DNA of 64,000 nucleotides from a bacterium (lineage in GTDB: Bacteria > SM23-81 > DAOVCL01): positions 12,423 to 76,422 of the forward strand of contig JAOZPP010000005.1 of assembly GCA_029932675.1 (NCBI GenBank). The letters are read 5' to 3'. Below, piece after piece: positions 54,528 through 64,000 of the stretch. The notes under the pieces were generated by a model. That model worked only from the letters and a program-made list of their open reading frames with translations. It ran no database searches and was not told where the DNA came from. The position numbers and the translations under genes were made by a program. Every line of letters begins with the position of its first letter. The first letter of the stretch is position 1.

Positions 54528-55748
54528 CTACTCGTATCTGAGGGCAGTAATGGGGTTAAGCCTTGCCGCCTTTGCTGCCGGCCAGATGCCAAAACAAAGG
54601 CCAACCGCGGAAGAAAATCCCAGGGCAAGGATGATCGACCATAGGGGGGTGGTTGCCTTCAAGGGGGTCACCGCGGAGATCAGCTTCCCTACCCCTCCTC
54701 CTAAGCCTAAACCTATTATCCCCCCTATTCCGCTGAGGATGAGTGCCTCGATGAGAAATTGGAGGAGGATGTCCTTCCTCTCCGCCCCAATGGCCTTTCT
54801 AATCCCTATCTCCCTGGTGCGTTCGGTGACCGAGACGAGCATTATGTTCATAATGCCGATCCCCCCAACCAGAAGGGAGATGGAGCTGATTCCCACCATC
54901 ACCAAAAAGAGGATGCGAGTGAGGTTCTTGTAAACATTCATTATTGTATCTTGGGTGTTGATGGCAAAATCGTTGGGTTTTTTGGGGGGGACCTGCCTGC
55001 GGCGGCGCATAAGGGAGGTGACCTCGTCCTTGGCCTGTTCAAAGAGTCCTGACTTGGCCTCAACGAGGATGGTCACTGAACGGTGCGTGCCAAAGAGCTT
55101 CCTGAAGGTGGTAATGGGGATGATGACCGCTGCGTCCATATCGTTGCCAAACATACTTCCCTTCTTCTCCTGAACCCCCACTACCCGGAACTTCCGTCCG
55201 CCTATGCGGATATAACTTCCAAGGGGTTCCTCATCCTTGAATAACCCCTGGACAATTGTCCGGCCGATGATACAGACTTGGCGGCGATGGTTTAGCTCGG
55301 TCTGGGTGAAGAACCTGCCTCTCTCTACGGTTGTATTCCTCACTTCCTGGTAGGAGGGGGTGGTGGCCCAGATGCCTACCCTCTCCGTTGATCTATCCTT
55401 ATACTTGATCACCTTACCGGAGTAAAGCACGGGGGCTATATTCTTTACAGATGGGCAGAGTTGGGCTATGGCCTGGGCATCTTCCAGGGTGAGGTTTTTT
55501 CTGTTTCTGTACTCAAACCAATCCCGTCCAGCAAACCAGGGGTATTTCTGCAGATAGAAGACATTGGCCCCTAACCCGGCCACCTGCTGGGAGACGGCTC
55601 TATTCAATCCCTGGATGAGGGAGATGATCGTGATTACCGTCATCACCCCGATGATTACCCCTAAGATGGTAAGGAGGGCACGCACCTTGTGCATCCATAG
55701 GGAACCTATGGCCATCCGTACCCCCTCCCATAGTTCCCTAAAGTTCAT
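54528..55748 (-). CDS. ABC transporter permease (MacB/YknZ type), tandem paralog
   Basis: Same signature motifs as 53301-54524. Confidence 0.93.
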   Translation of the reverse strand: MNFRELWEGVRMAIGSLWMHKVRALLTILGVIIGVMTVITIISLIQGLNRAVSQQVAGLGANVFYLQKYPWFAGRDWFEYRNRKNLTLEDAQAIAQLCPSVKNIAPVLYSGKVIKYKDRSTERVGIWATTPSYQEVRNTTVERGRFFTQTELNHRRQVCIIGRTIVQGLFKDEEPLGSYIRIGGRKFRVVGVQEKKGSMFGNDMDAAVIIPITTFRKLFGTHRSVTILVEAKSGLFEQAKDEVTSLMRRRRQVPPKKPNDFAINTQDTIMNVYKNLTRILFLVMVGISSISLLVGGIGIMNIMLVSVTERTREIGIRKAIGAERKDILLQFLIEALILSGIGGIIGLGLGGGVGKLISAVTPLKATTPLWSIILALGFSSAVGLCFGIWPAAKAARLNPITALRYE

Positions 55749-56434
55749 CTGCTCTCCTCCAGGTGGATATCATCCTGAACCCTGCCGTCAAGGAGCTTTA
55801 GCCTCCGCTGAGAGTATTGGGCAATATACTCCTCATGGGTTACCAAGACGATCGTATTCCCTTCTTGGTGAAGCTTCTTAAATAACTCCATAATCTCCGC
55901 CCCTGTCTTGCTGTCCAGATTACCCGTTGGCTCGTCAGCCAAGATAATGGAGGGGCGATTGACTAAGGCCCGGGCTAAGGCCACCCTTTGTCTCTGTCCT
56001 CCGGAGAGCTCATTGGGCCTGTGGTTGAGCCTGTCCCCTAACCCCACACTTTCTAAGGCCTCTGCAGCCCTCCTCACCCGTTCGGAGGCGGGGACTCCAC
56101 TATAGATCAAGGGGAGTTCCACATTGTGCAGGGCAGTGGCGCGGGGAAGGAGGTTGAAGGTTTGAAAGACAAACCCGATCTTCCGGTTTCTTATCTGGGC
56201 CAATTCATCATCGGTGAGGTTAGCTACCTCGCGGCCAGCGAAGATGTAGGAGCCCTTAGTAGGGGTATCCAAACAGCCTAATATGTTCATTAGGGTGGAT
56301 TTGCCGGAGCCAGAGGGGCCCATTATGGCCAAGTACTCATTGGCCTCGATCTTTAGGTCGATTCCCCGCAGGGCGGGAACCTCTACTGCTCCCACTTTAT
56401 AGACCTTCTCTACCTTCTTAAGCTCGATTAACAT
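55745..56434 (-). CDS. ABC transporter ATP-binding protein (MacB/LolD type)
   Basis: [28 protein letters not shown]. Confidence 0.95.
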   Translation of the reverse strand: MLIELKKVEKVYKVGAVEVPALRGIDLKIEANEYLAIMGPSGSGKSTLMNILGCLDTPTKGSYIFAGREVANLTDDELAQIRNRKIGFVFQTFNLLPRATALHNVELPLIYSGVPASERVRRAAEALESVGLGDRLNHRPNELSGGQRQRVALARALVNRPSIILADEPTGNLDSKTGAEIMELFKKLHQEGNTIVLVTHEEYIAQYSQRRLKLLDGRVQDDIHLEESR

Positions 56435-56529
56435 AATAGCGTTTTAGTTGCCATACCCCCTTCTTAATCCTCCCCTATCGAGGGGAAGGTAAGCCCAGTG
56501 GTGTGAGCAAAGTCATTCCTCTCTGACTT

Positions 56530-56555
56530 TGGCAGAGGAGGGGTTCTGCCACCTC
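56530..56555. repeat. Dispersed REP-like palindrome, copy 3 (degenerate)
   Basis: TGGCAGAGGAGGGGTTCTGCCACCTC. Confidence 0.55.
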
Positions 56556-56632
56556 GCTGGTTCTCATTCATGCGCTGCGAAAATCTGTGGTCATCAGCGT
56601 TTATGAATGACTGCCGAATCACCTAAGGTTAT

Positions 56633-57823
56633 CTACTTCTCCTCCTTCCCCAAAAGGGCCTTCTTCACTGGCTTTACCTTATCCCCGTCCTTGAGGTTGC
56701 GTAACTCCCGATAACCTCCGGTAACTACTTTCTCCCCCTCCTTCAGGCCATCCAATATCTCCATATCCGTTTCACTGCTGATCCCGGTCTTTACTTCCCT
56801 TTGATGGGCTGTCCCATCTTTGACAACGAAGACGACCTCCACCGGTTTAGACTTCTTCCCCTTTGTTGATAGGGTATCGCCTTCCTCTTTCAAAGGAGGC
56901 CGCATCACCACTGATTGGATGGGAACGGATAAGGCCTCAGGGTGATGAGCGGTAATTATATCCACAGTGGCTGACATCCCTGGGCGGAGTGAGGGGAGTG
57001 GGTCAAGGACAGAGACCTTAACCTTGAAGTTAGTGACCTCTTCTTGGGTTCCATATCCGGTGGTGGTAGCTGTATTGGATATCTCCTTGACCAAACCATG
57101 GAGAACCGTATCCGGAAGGGCATCGACTTCAATCCTTGCTTTCTGTCCTGGTTTTACATCCACAACATCGGTTTCGTCGACATCTACTTGGGCTTCAATC
57201 TTGCTCAGATCGGCAACAACCATTATCACGTCCTCCTGAAATTGGGCTCCCAAGACCATCTCCCCCTCCTCCTTGTTTAGTTTGGTGATCAGTCCGGAGA
57301 TGGGGGAAGTGATGGTGCACTTGGAGAGGTCGTCTTCAGCCTCCTTTAGGGATGCCCGCCCCTGTTCTACTCCGCTTTTCGCCGCCTCGTATTGGGCCTG
57401 GAGGAGCTCCATCTCCGATTCTGAGGTTAACCCCTTTTCGTAGAGCTCCTTTGCCCTTCTGTAGTCCCCTTCCACCTTTTTTAGGTTAGAGATTGCTGAT
57501 TTGAGGCTCGACCTTGCCCTCTCCACATTGGCTACATACCTGGTCTTGTCCAGGAGGACGAGGAGTTGCCCCTTTTCCACCTTTTGCCCCTCCTTCACCG
57601 GAAGGCTAATAATCCTCGCTGGGATATTGGCACTTATCTTCACCATCGTTTCTGGCTGGATCTTTCCTGAAGCGGTGATCTTAGATTTTAGATCCTTCCT
57701 TTTCACCTCTTCTACCTGCACCTTTACGACCGGTTGGGTTGACCTGGTCAAGTTCAGGATGATGATGAGCACCACTACACAGAGGCCAATGCCAATAAGG
57801 ATCGTCTTTTTCCCCTTAGTCAT
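56633..57823 (-). CDS. Periplasmic adaptor (MacA/YknX-like membrane fusion protein)
   Basis: TM anchor, VKEGQKVEKGQLL, ITSPISG, VDETDV, LRPGMS. Confidence 0.92.
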   Translation of the reverse strand: MTKGKKTILIGIGLCVVVLIIILNLTRSTQPVVKVQVEEVKRKDLKSKITASGKIQPETMVKISANIPARIISLPVKEGQKVEKGQLLVLLDKTRYVANVERARSSLKSAISNLKKVEGDYRRAKELYEKGLTSESEMELLQAQYEAAKSGVEQGRASLKEAEDDLSKCTITSPISGLITKLNKEEGEMVLGAQFQEDVIMVVADLSKIEAQVDVDETDVVDVKPGQKARIEVDALPDTVLHGLVKEISNTATTTGYGTQEEVTNFKVKVSVLDPLPSLRPGMSATVDIITAHHPEALSVPIQSVVMRPPLKEEGDTLSTKGKKSKPVEVVFVVKDGTAHQREVKTGISSETDMEILDGLKEGEKVVTGGYRELRNLKDGDKVKPVKKALLGKEEK

Positions 57824-57968
57824 AGGATAACTCCATTTCTTTGGTTCAATTATTCATTAGCTTGGAAGGCCCCCTAAAATTTGGGTTAGTTCGTAAAATA
57901 GCAGAGATGAACTTGAAGATCTATCAGGATCTCTAAGAAATTCCGAAAGGCGAAGCGCTTTAGCGGCC

Positions 57969-59243
57969 TCAGTAAGAGGATAATCCTAAGGCCTTCTCCA
58001 CTTCTGCTTGGGCTAATCTGTATGCATAGAGGGCCTCAATCCAACCTGCCTGGATGGAGGAGTAGCTTGCTTGAGCATCTAATACCTCAAGCATTGTCAC
58101 AGAGCCTAATTTATACTTCTCCTGAGCCAACCTGAGGTCTTCACGGGCCGCAGAAAGGCTCTCCTTAGTTACCTCCAGGCTTTCCTGGGCTTTATTGAGG
58201 TTCTGGAGGGCTTCCTGGATATCGAGCTGCACCTTCCTCTTGGTTTGCTTCAATCTCAACCGCGCGTTTACCAAGCCCTCTTTTGCCTGATTGATATTGG
58301 CTTTGGTGGAGAGGCCATCAAAGAGGGGCAAGGTAACCGTTCCCCCTATCCGCCAGGTATAGTCCCGGTCAAAGAGGTTCTTGGCTTCAGATGCCTTTTC
58401 ATTCTCCCAGGAGTAGCTGCCGGAGAGGGTCAACCTGGGGAGCCTTCCCCCCTTGGCCATAGAGAGGGTTCCTTCCGCTTTATTCATTTCCGCTTCAGCC
58501 TTTAGAATTTCCGGATGGGTTTCCAATGCCTGTTTGATCAATTTTCCGTAGTCGGCCTCTTCCCCGATCTTCTCCAAGTCGTCCACGATCTCTGTGGGGG
58601 AGTTCAAGGGAAGCCCTAAGGTATGGTTTAACTCTGAACGGGATTGCTTTAGCTGATTTTTTGCATCTATTAAGGCCAGCCTATCCTTTCCCAACTGCAC
58701 CTTCGCCTTGAGCACATCGGAGATGGTTACCGAGCCAAGCCTATAGAGGTTCTCGGCCTTCTTTACCTGTTCTTCGCTCCTCTTCACCGCATCCCCTCTC
58801 ACCTGGAGGAGCCTCTTAGCCCTGAGCAGACCATAATATTTCTGCTTGATCTCCCAAACCAATAAGGATTTGGTGAGCTTAAGCTGTTCCTCATACCATC
58901 TCCGATTTGCCCTCTGGTATTTGATGTTGGCTAAGTTGGATCCGCCATTGTAGATGGATTGTTCCAGGGAGAAGCCTATGGCATAGGACCTTGTCTCCGG
59001 GAAGGACCAATTCTTAGATCTACTATAGCTTGCCTGTGAGTTGAGATGGGGGAGGAAGGCTGACCAGGCCCCCAGCACATTGGCCTTGGCCGCCCGCAGG
59101 TTTGCCTGGGCGTTGAGCATATCCTCATTTTTCTCCAAGGCCAGCTCAATACACTCCTTCAGGGTGAGGGGATGGGAGAGGGGAGAAGAAGAAAGTATTA
59201 GAGGGAGGAGCAAAGTTAAGAGAAAGAAAGTGATCCTTTTCAA
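57969..59243 (-). CDS. TolC-family outer membrane efflux protein
   Basis: LTLKECIELAL..N, two OEP repeats, LPLFDG. Confidence 0.9.
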   Translation of the reverse strand: MKRITFFLLTLLLPLILSSSPLSHPLTLKECIELALEKNEDMLNAQANLRAAKANVLGAWSAFLPHLNSQASYSRSKNWSFPETRSYAIGFSLEQSIYNGGSNLANIKYQRANRRWYEEQLKLTKSLLVWEIKQKYYGLLRAKRLLQVRGDAVKRSEEQVKKAENLYRLGSVTISDVLKAKVQLGKDRLALIDAKNQLKQSRSELNHTLGLPLNSPTEIVDDLEKIGEEADYGKLIKQALETHPEILKAEAEMNKAEGTLSMAKGGRLPRLTLSGSYSWENEKASEAKNLFDRDYTWRIGGTVTLPLFDGLSTKANINQAKEGLVNARLRLKQTKRKVQLDIQEALQNLNKAQESLEVTKESLSAAREDLRLAQEKYKLGSVTMLEVLDAQASYSSIQAGWIEALYAYRLAQAEVEKALGLSSY

Positions 59244-59251
59244 TTTTCCTC

Positions 59252-59965
59252 CTAAAAAACCTTAAAGAGGTTTTTAAGAACCAGACTGATGATTATCCAA
59301 AGGAGCCACCAACTAAAGACCATTCCGGCTGATTTCTTAAGGTTGAAACCAAAAATTGCCGTGATGCCTATTGAGGCCAAGATTAAAGTCCAGATCTGGA
59401 AGAAGTCTAAGTGGTTCAAGAACTGGTAAAGAATGGTTTTCGATTTCTCGGTAGGCAAGAGGAGGGCAAGGCCTGTCTGGATGTGTAAGGTATTCTTGGC
59501 CAGGATGAGTGGTGTCTTAATTGCTAAAGCTGGAATGGCTATGAAATTGGCATAGCTACAGATAGAGAATACCTGCCGGAAGGAACCCTCTCCCCCTAAG
59601 ATAAGGCTGGCACCGAAGTAAAAGACGCCAGCCTGCACACCGAGGACGAGGAGGAGGCCCAAAGGGGTAAAGATGATTATCTTCCAGTCCCTTCCTCCTT
59701 TTTCCTCCATCCGTTGGATTATCTCCTCTTTCTTCTCTTGGGGGATCCTCTCGCTCCGCAGGATTATCTTTTTCCTCTCCTCCAAGCCGAGAGGGGCCAT
59801 CCGCCAGGCGAAGAGGGTGGTAGCTATGGCCACAATTAGAAAAGGGAGAAACCAGGTAGGGTTCTCTTTCAGATAGGAAAAGAGACGAGTGGGGCTAACG
59901 ATTACCCCCCAAAGCCTAGTTAGGGGCCCCAGTCTACCCTCTTCTATTCCAATTTGTTCTTCCAT
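59252..59965 (-). CDS. Yip1-domain membrane protein (YknW-like)
   Basis: VIVSP..F..L, multiple TMs, LDFFQIW; heads the efflux operon. Confidence 0.8.
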   Translation of the reverse strand: MEEQIGIEEGRLGPLTRLWGVIVSPTRLFSYLKENPTWFLPFLIVAIATTLFAWRMAPLGLEERKKIILRSERIPQEKKEEIIQRMEEKGGRDWKIIIFTPLGLLLVLGVQAGVFYFGASLILGGEGSFRQVFSICSYANFIAIPALAIKTPLILAKNTLHIQTGLALLLPTEKSKTILYQFLNHLDFFQIWTLILASIGITAIFGFNLKKSAGMVFSWWLLWIIISLVLKNLFKVF

Positions 59966-60170
59966 TTCTGCTCCTTTTTGGGACTAACTGCCAATTTACC
60001 ATCGGATCATCCGTAAATCGCCTATAAGGTTAAATGAGAGATCTACTATAGAACTTTATAATGCGGCAAGCCAGGGAATTTCTCCTCCGCCCCGGTGGAG
60101 GTTTACCAGTTTGAATTCCGTGAAGGGTAAAGAACATAGGGGGTTTCCCCTGTGGGGGCTCCAATTTAGA

Positions 60171-60198
60171 TTAACGAGCTGAAGGGCCGGATGTTTCA
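60171..60198 (-). promoter_or_regulatory. ECF sigma (sigmaW-like) promoter
   Basis: TGAAAC-N16-CGTTAA directly after the tonB terminator. Confidence 0.55.
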
Positions 60199-60234
60199 AA
60201 AAAGGGGGACAGGCAAAGTGTCCCCCTCTCTTTT
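60198..60234 (-). terminator. Intrinsic terminator after tonB
   Basis: GGGGGACA-CTTTGCC-TGTCCCCC-TTTTTT on the minus strand. Confidence 0.8.
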
Positions 60235-60256
60235 GCTAACCCCTTAAAGCCCCTTT

Positions 60257-60889
60257 TCATTGGGATTTGGCTTCTTTAAGGATAAATCTAACCGGATAGC
60301 TAATCCATACCTTTACTGGCTTATCCCTTTGCATAGCTGGTTTGAACTTGCACTGCATTGCTGCAGCGATGGCCGCCTCATCACACCCTGCTCCTAAGCT
60401 CTTGAGCACTTTAGCATTGACCACATTTCCCTTCTCATCGACCTGGATCTTGAGGATGACCATCCCCTCAACGCCGGCCTTCCGCGCGATCTCTGGATAA
60501 ACAGGCTTGACCAGCTTGATTAACTGAGGTGCTTCATCATAAGGCACAAACTCGGTCTGTTCTGGGGCTGGAGGTGGGGGGGGTGGAGGAGGTTGGGTAA
60601 GGTCGAGGTCGGTTTCCCCAATGGTGACATCCTCCGGAACCTCCTCTGACTCCGTCTCCACGGGGATCGAGGGCCTTGGAGGGGGAGGAGCAACTTTCTG
60701 CTGATGGGTCTCAGGGACATTCTCCACTTGGATGATCTCTTGTTTCTTTATCCCCTCGTATGGTTTCACCTTCATTGAGGGATAAGCCAAGAATAGAAAG
60801 AGGAAAAGGGCTAAGGCAACAGTAATCGCCTTCTCCATCGCCTTTGGATATTGGGCCCTGAGGTTGGCCTGTGGGTTTCTATACTTCAT
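60257..60889 (-). CDS. tonB: Energy transducer TonB
   Basis: TM, Pro-rich linker, YPEIARKAGVEG.V, KFKPA. Confidence 0.93.
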   Translation of the reverse strand: MKYRNPQANLRAQYPKAMEKAITVALALFLFLFLAYPSMKVKPYEGIKKQEIIQVENVPETHQQKVAPPPPRPSIPVETESEEVPEDVTIGETDLDLTQPPPPPPPPAPEQTEFVPYDEAPQLIKLVKPVYPEIARKAGVEGMVILKIQVDEKGNVVNAKVLKSLGAGCDEAAIAAAMQCKFKPAMQRDKPVKVWISYPVRFILKEAKSQ

Positions 60890-61308
60890 TGGATACCACC
60901 TCTTTTCTCCTTCTTCGTGCCAAAGCTTACCCTTAAAGCATCGGCCTTTCTTAATTCCTCCATCAGATCAGAGACAATTCCATATCTGGCCCTCTTGTCT
61001 GCGCGCAAGGAGATGATGGTCTTCGGATCATTCTGTAACTTCCTCTTCATCACCTTCTCTACCATTGGGAGCTTTACATCCATATCATCTATCCTTATCT
61101 GGCCTGCTGGATCTATCCAGATGTGGGTTATGTGCCTTCTGGTCTCTATCTTTTGGGTCTTCTCCGCTTTGGGGAGGAGAACCTTTAAGCCAGCATATTG
61201 CTTAAAGACGGTAGATACCATAAAGAAGATGAGCAAAAGGAAGGCTATATCGGCCATCGAGGCTGTGGGTATCAGGCTCTCTACCTTAGATTTTCTGCCA
61301 AAGGTCAT
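60886..61308 (-). CDS. exbD: ExbD/TolR family protein
   Basis: SMADIAFLLLIFFMV, LRADK. Confidence 0.92.
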   Translation of the reverse strand: MTFGRKSKVESLIPTASMADIAFLLLIFFMVSTVFKQYAGLKVLLPKAEKTQKIETRRHITHIWIDPAGQIRIDDMDVKLPMVEKVMKRKLQNDPKTIISLRADKRARYGIVSDLMEELRKADALRVSFGTKKEKRGGIQ

Positions 61309-61323
61309 CTAAAAAGCCTCCTT

Positions 61324-61725
61324 TTAGTCTGGAGCGGCCAGGGATATCCGTTTAGCCCCAGCCAACTTGATCTCATCCAATACATCAATCATCGCATTAT
61401 AAGAGGCCATTTTATCAGTTTTTAGGGAGACGATAAGCTTTTCATTTTGCTGCAGTTTCTCCTCTAAGATAGGCCTTATCTGCTCCAGACTCACCGATTT
61501 GCCATCTAAAGCAATCTTATCCTGGGCATTTATCCAGATATTGCAGATATTCTTCTTTCGCACCTTAACGGTGCTTTGGCCATAAGCGGGAAGGGTAAGG
61601 CCTAAGCCCTGATCCCTCTTCATTGTAGTGCTCACCAAGAAGAAGATGATCATCAGAAAAGCGATATCGGCCATAGAAGCGGTGGGAATAGAAGCAGGAG
61701 CCCTTAATTTCTTCTTGATTTCCAT
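61324..61725 (-). CDS. exbD: ExbD/TolR family protein, second copy
   Basis: SMADIAFLMIIFFLV, LKTDK. Confidence 0.92.
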   Translation of the reverse strand: MEIKKKLRAPASIPTASMADIAFLMIIFFLVSTTMKRDQGLGLTLPAYGQSTVKVRKKNICNIWINAQDKIALDGKSVSLEQIRPILEEKLQQNEKLIVSLKTDKMASYNAMIDVLDEIKLAGAKRISLAAPD

Positions 61726-61735
61726 AGTTTCTCCT

Positions 61736-62386
61736 TTAAGCTACCTTCTCCCCAAGCTTGGAGGATTTCCCCTCTTTTGAGATCCCCATTTCGGTGAGGG
61801 TTTCTACCATGTCGGTTGAGCTCTCTTCCATATCGATGATCAGCCGATCGATTTTGGAGATGAAGTAGTTATAAAAGGCCTGCATAGGAATAGCAATAGC
61901 CAACCCAGTAGCGGTGGTGATCAAGGCCTCGGAGATCCCTGAGGCCACTAAGGTAGGTTCTACTTCACCTACTTTGGCAATGGCCTCAAAAGCATGGATC
62001 ATTCCGCTTACCGTGCCTAAAAAGCCAAGCATTGGAGCTACATTGACTACAGTGGCTAACCAGACCATCCCCCTTTCCAGGAAGGACATCTCCAAGGATG
62101 CGGCATCTTCGATGGATTTCTCCACATATTCGATTCCTCTCCTTGCCCTCAGGAGGCCAGCATGGAGGATGGCAGCCACTGGTCCTCTGGTGGACTCACA
62201 TAGTTTCACTGCACCATCTAAGCTCCCTGTGGTGAGGGATTCCTTTAATTTTTTCATAAACTTCTTGGTGTTAATGGAGGCGCGAAACAGGGTCCAAAAT
62301 TTAACGATGATGATGACCACTCCCGCAATCAAGGCGAAAAGAAGAGGCCACATGAATATTCCGCCCTTGATGAAAAACTGAACCAT
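61736..62386 (-). CDS. exbB: ExbB (MotA/TolQ/ExbB family)
   Basis: APMLGFLGTV.GM, GISEALITTA.GL. Confidence 0.92.
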   Translation of the reverse strand: MVQFFIKGGIFMWPLLFALIAGVVIIIVKFWTLFRASINTKKFMKKLKESLTTGSLDGAVKLCESTRGPVAAILHAGLLRARRGIEYVEKSIEDAASLEMSFLERGMVWLATVVNVAPMLGFLGTVSGMIHAFEAIAKVGEVEPTLVASGISEALITTATGLAIAIPMQAFYNYFISKIDRLIIDMEESSTDMVETLTEMGISKEGKSSKLGEKVA

Positions 62387-62436
62387 TTGGTATTCCTCCT
62401 TCGATTAAAGGTTTGAGAGTTACGCCTACAGACTTA

Positions 62437-62465
62437 AATATAATTTTATTCTCCCGACCTGTCAA
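62437..62465 (-). promoter_or_regulatory. sigma70 promoter of exbB-exbD-exbD-tonB
   Basis: TTGACA-N17-TATATT. Confidence 0.7.
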
Positions 62466-62628
62466 CAGTTTTTTGGGTCATTCTTAGAAAAAGGAAATGA
62501 GGTTAAGTTAATGATTTTCCCTTCCCAACGCTCGCAAAGTTCTCCATAGGGGCTTATCCCCTTCAAACTACCCCCAACATTTCGGGATTTCTAAAAAATT
62601 CCGAAAATGTTTCGTTATGGGGTAAATT

Positions 62629-63999
62629 TTACATCATATCTTGCGGGTCAACATCAACAGATATTTTAACCCCGCGCTGAGGGTAATGGACCGCTGGGAG
62701 GACAACTTCTCGCAGATATTTTTTCGCCTCCCTTTCATCTTTGCTCTTCAGGAGCAACCTCCACCTAAACTCGTTCCTTAACTTATAGAGAGGGGCAGGA
62801 GCAGGTCCCAGGATAGTATATGCTACTCCCCTCTCCTCTTCCCTTAATATAGCGGCCAATTCCTCTGCCTTTCTTTGCACTAAGGTTTCATCCTTTCCCC
62901 TGATCAGGAAGGAGATCAGGTGGGTGAAGGGGGGATAGGAGAGCTCTTTCCTCAGTTGGAACTCCTTTTGGTAGAAGCCGGTGTAGTCATATTGGGCGGC
63001 TAACCTAATGGGAGGGCTCTCCGGGGAGGATGTCTGCACTACCACCAGGCCGGGAGAAGGACCCCTTCCCGCACGGCCAGCTACCTGAGTGAGGAGCTGG
63101 AAGGTGCGCTCATTGGCCCGGAAGTCTGGCAGATGAAGGGAGGTATCGGCAGAGATCACCCCCACCAGGGTTACCTGGGGGAAGTGAAGCCCCTTGGCCA
63201 CCATCTGAGTTCCCAAGAGTATTTGGGCCTCTCCTCTGCGGAAGGATTCATAGATCTGGCGATGGGTCCCCTTCCGCGAGGTGGTATCTGTGTCCATCCT
63301 CAGGGTGGTATAATTGGGAAAAAGCCTTTTTACCTCTGCTTCCACCTTCTGCGTCCCCAAACCCCGGTAGATGATCCTGTGTCCCCCGCACTGCGGACAG
63401 TGGGCTGGTGCTTCCTCCCCATATCCACAGTAATGGCAGAGAAGGCTATGGCTCTGGAGGTGGAAGGTTAGGGTTAGGCTACATCGAGGACATTTAGCCA
63501 CAAAGCCGCACTCTTCACATTTTATACAGGTGGAAAAGCCCCTTCTATTCAAGAATAGGATCACCTGATGGCCCTCCCTCAGCCTCTTGGCCATCTCCTC
63601 CTGCAGGGTCAGGGAGAATACCCCCCAGTTTCCCCTCTCCCTTTCCGTCCGCATATCCACGATGGTCACAGGGGGAAGGGGTGTCTTCCCCACCCTTTGA
63701 GGGAGCCTGAGGAGCTTGTATTTACCGATCTGGCAGTTGTGCAGGCTTTCTATGGAGGGGGTAGCGGAACCGAGGATGACTACTGCTCGATTAAGTTTGG
63801 CCCTGACCACTGCCAGATCCCGGGCATTATACCGCGGGGCAGGATCTTTCTGCTTATAAGAAGGGGAATGCTCCTCATCGACGATGATCAGACCCAACTT
63901 CCTCAAGGGGGCAAATATGGCCGACCTAGCCCCGATGACGACAGCGTGTTTTCCTTCCCTAATCTTCCTCCAACTATCATACCTCTCCCCGGAGGAGAG
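62629..63999 (-). CDS. priA: Primosomal protein N' (5' end outside the window)
   Basis: Frame open to the edge (GERYDSW..VVIGARSAIFAP), DEEH, GSATPS, four CxxC pairs, QVAGRAGR. Confidence 0.96.
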   Translation of the reverse strand, partial: LSSGERYDSWRKIREGKHAVVIGARSAIFAPLRKLGLIIVDEEHSPSYKQKDPAPRYNARDLAVVRAKLNRAVVILGSATPSIESLHNCQIGKYKLLRLPQRVGKTPLPPVTIVDMRTERERGNWGVFSLTLQEEMAKRLREGHQVILFLNRRGFSTCIKCEECGFVAKCPRCSLTLTFHLQSHSLLCHYCGYGEEAPAHCPQCGGHRIIYRGLGTQKVEAEVKRLFPNYTTLRMDTDTTSRKGTHRQIYESFRRGEAQILLGTQMVAKGLHFPQVTLVGVISADTSLHLPDFRANERTFQLLTQVAGRAGRGPSPGLVVVQTSSPESPPIRLAAQYDYTGFYQKEFQLRKELSYPPFTHLISFLIRGKDETLVQRKAEELAAILREEERGVAYTILGPAPAPLYKLRNEFRWRLLLKSKDEREAKKYLREVVLPAVHYPQRGVKISVDVDPQDMM

Positions 64000-64000
64000 A

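Noticed and set aside
53560..54870. Near-duplicate DNA in the two permeases as a possible DGR template/variable repeat
   Set aside because: Conserved protein motif in paralogs; no adenine-specific pattern seen and no reverse transcriptase in the window
1..64000. Many other 60-220 aa ORFs nested in or antisense to annotated genes; tRNA and rRNA genes
   Set aside because: Shadow ORFs without motifs; no tRNA cloverleaf or rRNA signature seen in the spacers

Overview
Chromosomal window from a diderm bacterium. T9SS-type 'QNYPNPFN' C-terminal domains (CTDs), a PorV/PorQ-like barrel and carboxypeptidase-regulatory-domain TonB receptors suggest an FCB-associated candidate lineage (KSB1/TA06/Zixibacteria-like); this placement is inference only. 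Layout: (i) 1-679, partial bactofilin-like gene missed by the ORF track; (ii) 999-8321 (-), a cobalamin-riboswitch operon with a BtuB-like receptor and three secreted, CTD-tagged proteins resembling B12-capture proteins; (iii) 8565-36796 (+), a ~28-kb flagellar operon (flgC to fliA/fapA) with no flgB, a Na+-type stator, an inserted Ig/NHL lipoprotein, an apparently double-domain FliK and a two-hairpin element before flgE; (iv) 37099-37521, an internally deleted IS with 19-bp TIRs and 8-bp TSD; (v) 37639-47596 (+), a lower-GC cassette of TonB receptor, 1146-aa secreted partner, PorV/PorQ-like barrel and Cys-rich CTD cargo, the best candidate for an under-described system; (vi) 47688-64000 (-), DUF362, CDP-alcohol phosphatidyltransferase, recN, nadK, MBL nuclease, a Yip1/TolC/MFP/ABC efflux operon with an ECF-type promoter, tonB-exbD-exbD-exbB and partial priA. 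Small palindromic and heptamer repeats are scattered through spacers and inside CTD coding regions. No rRNA, tRNA or CRISPR array was seen. All calls come from reading motifs; no searches were run.
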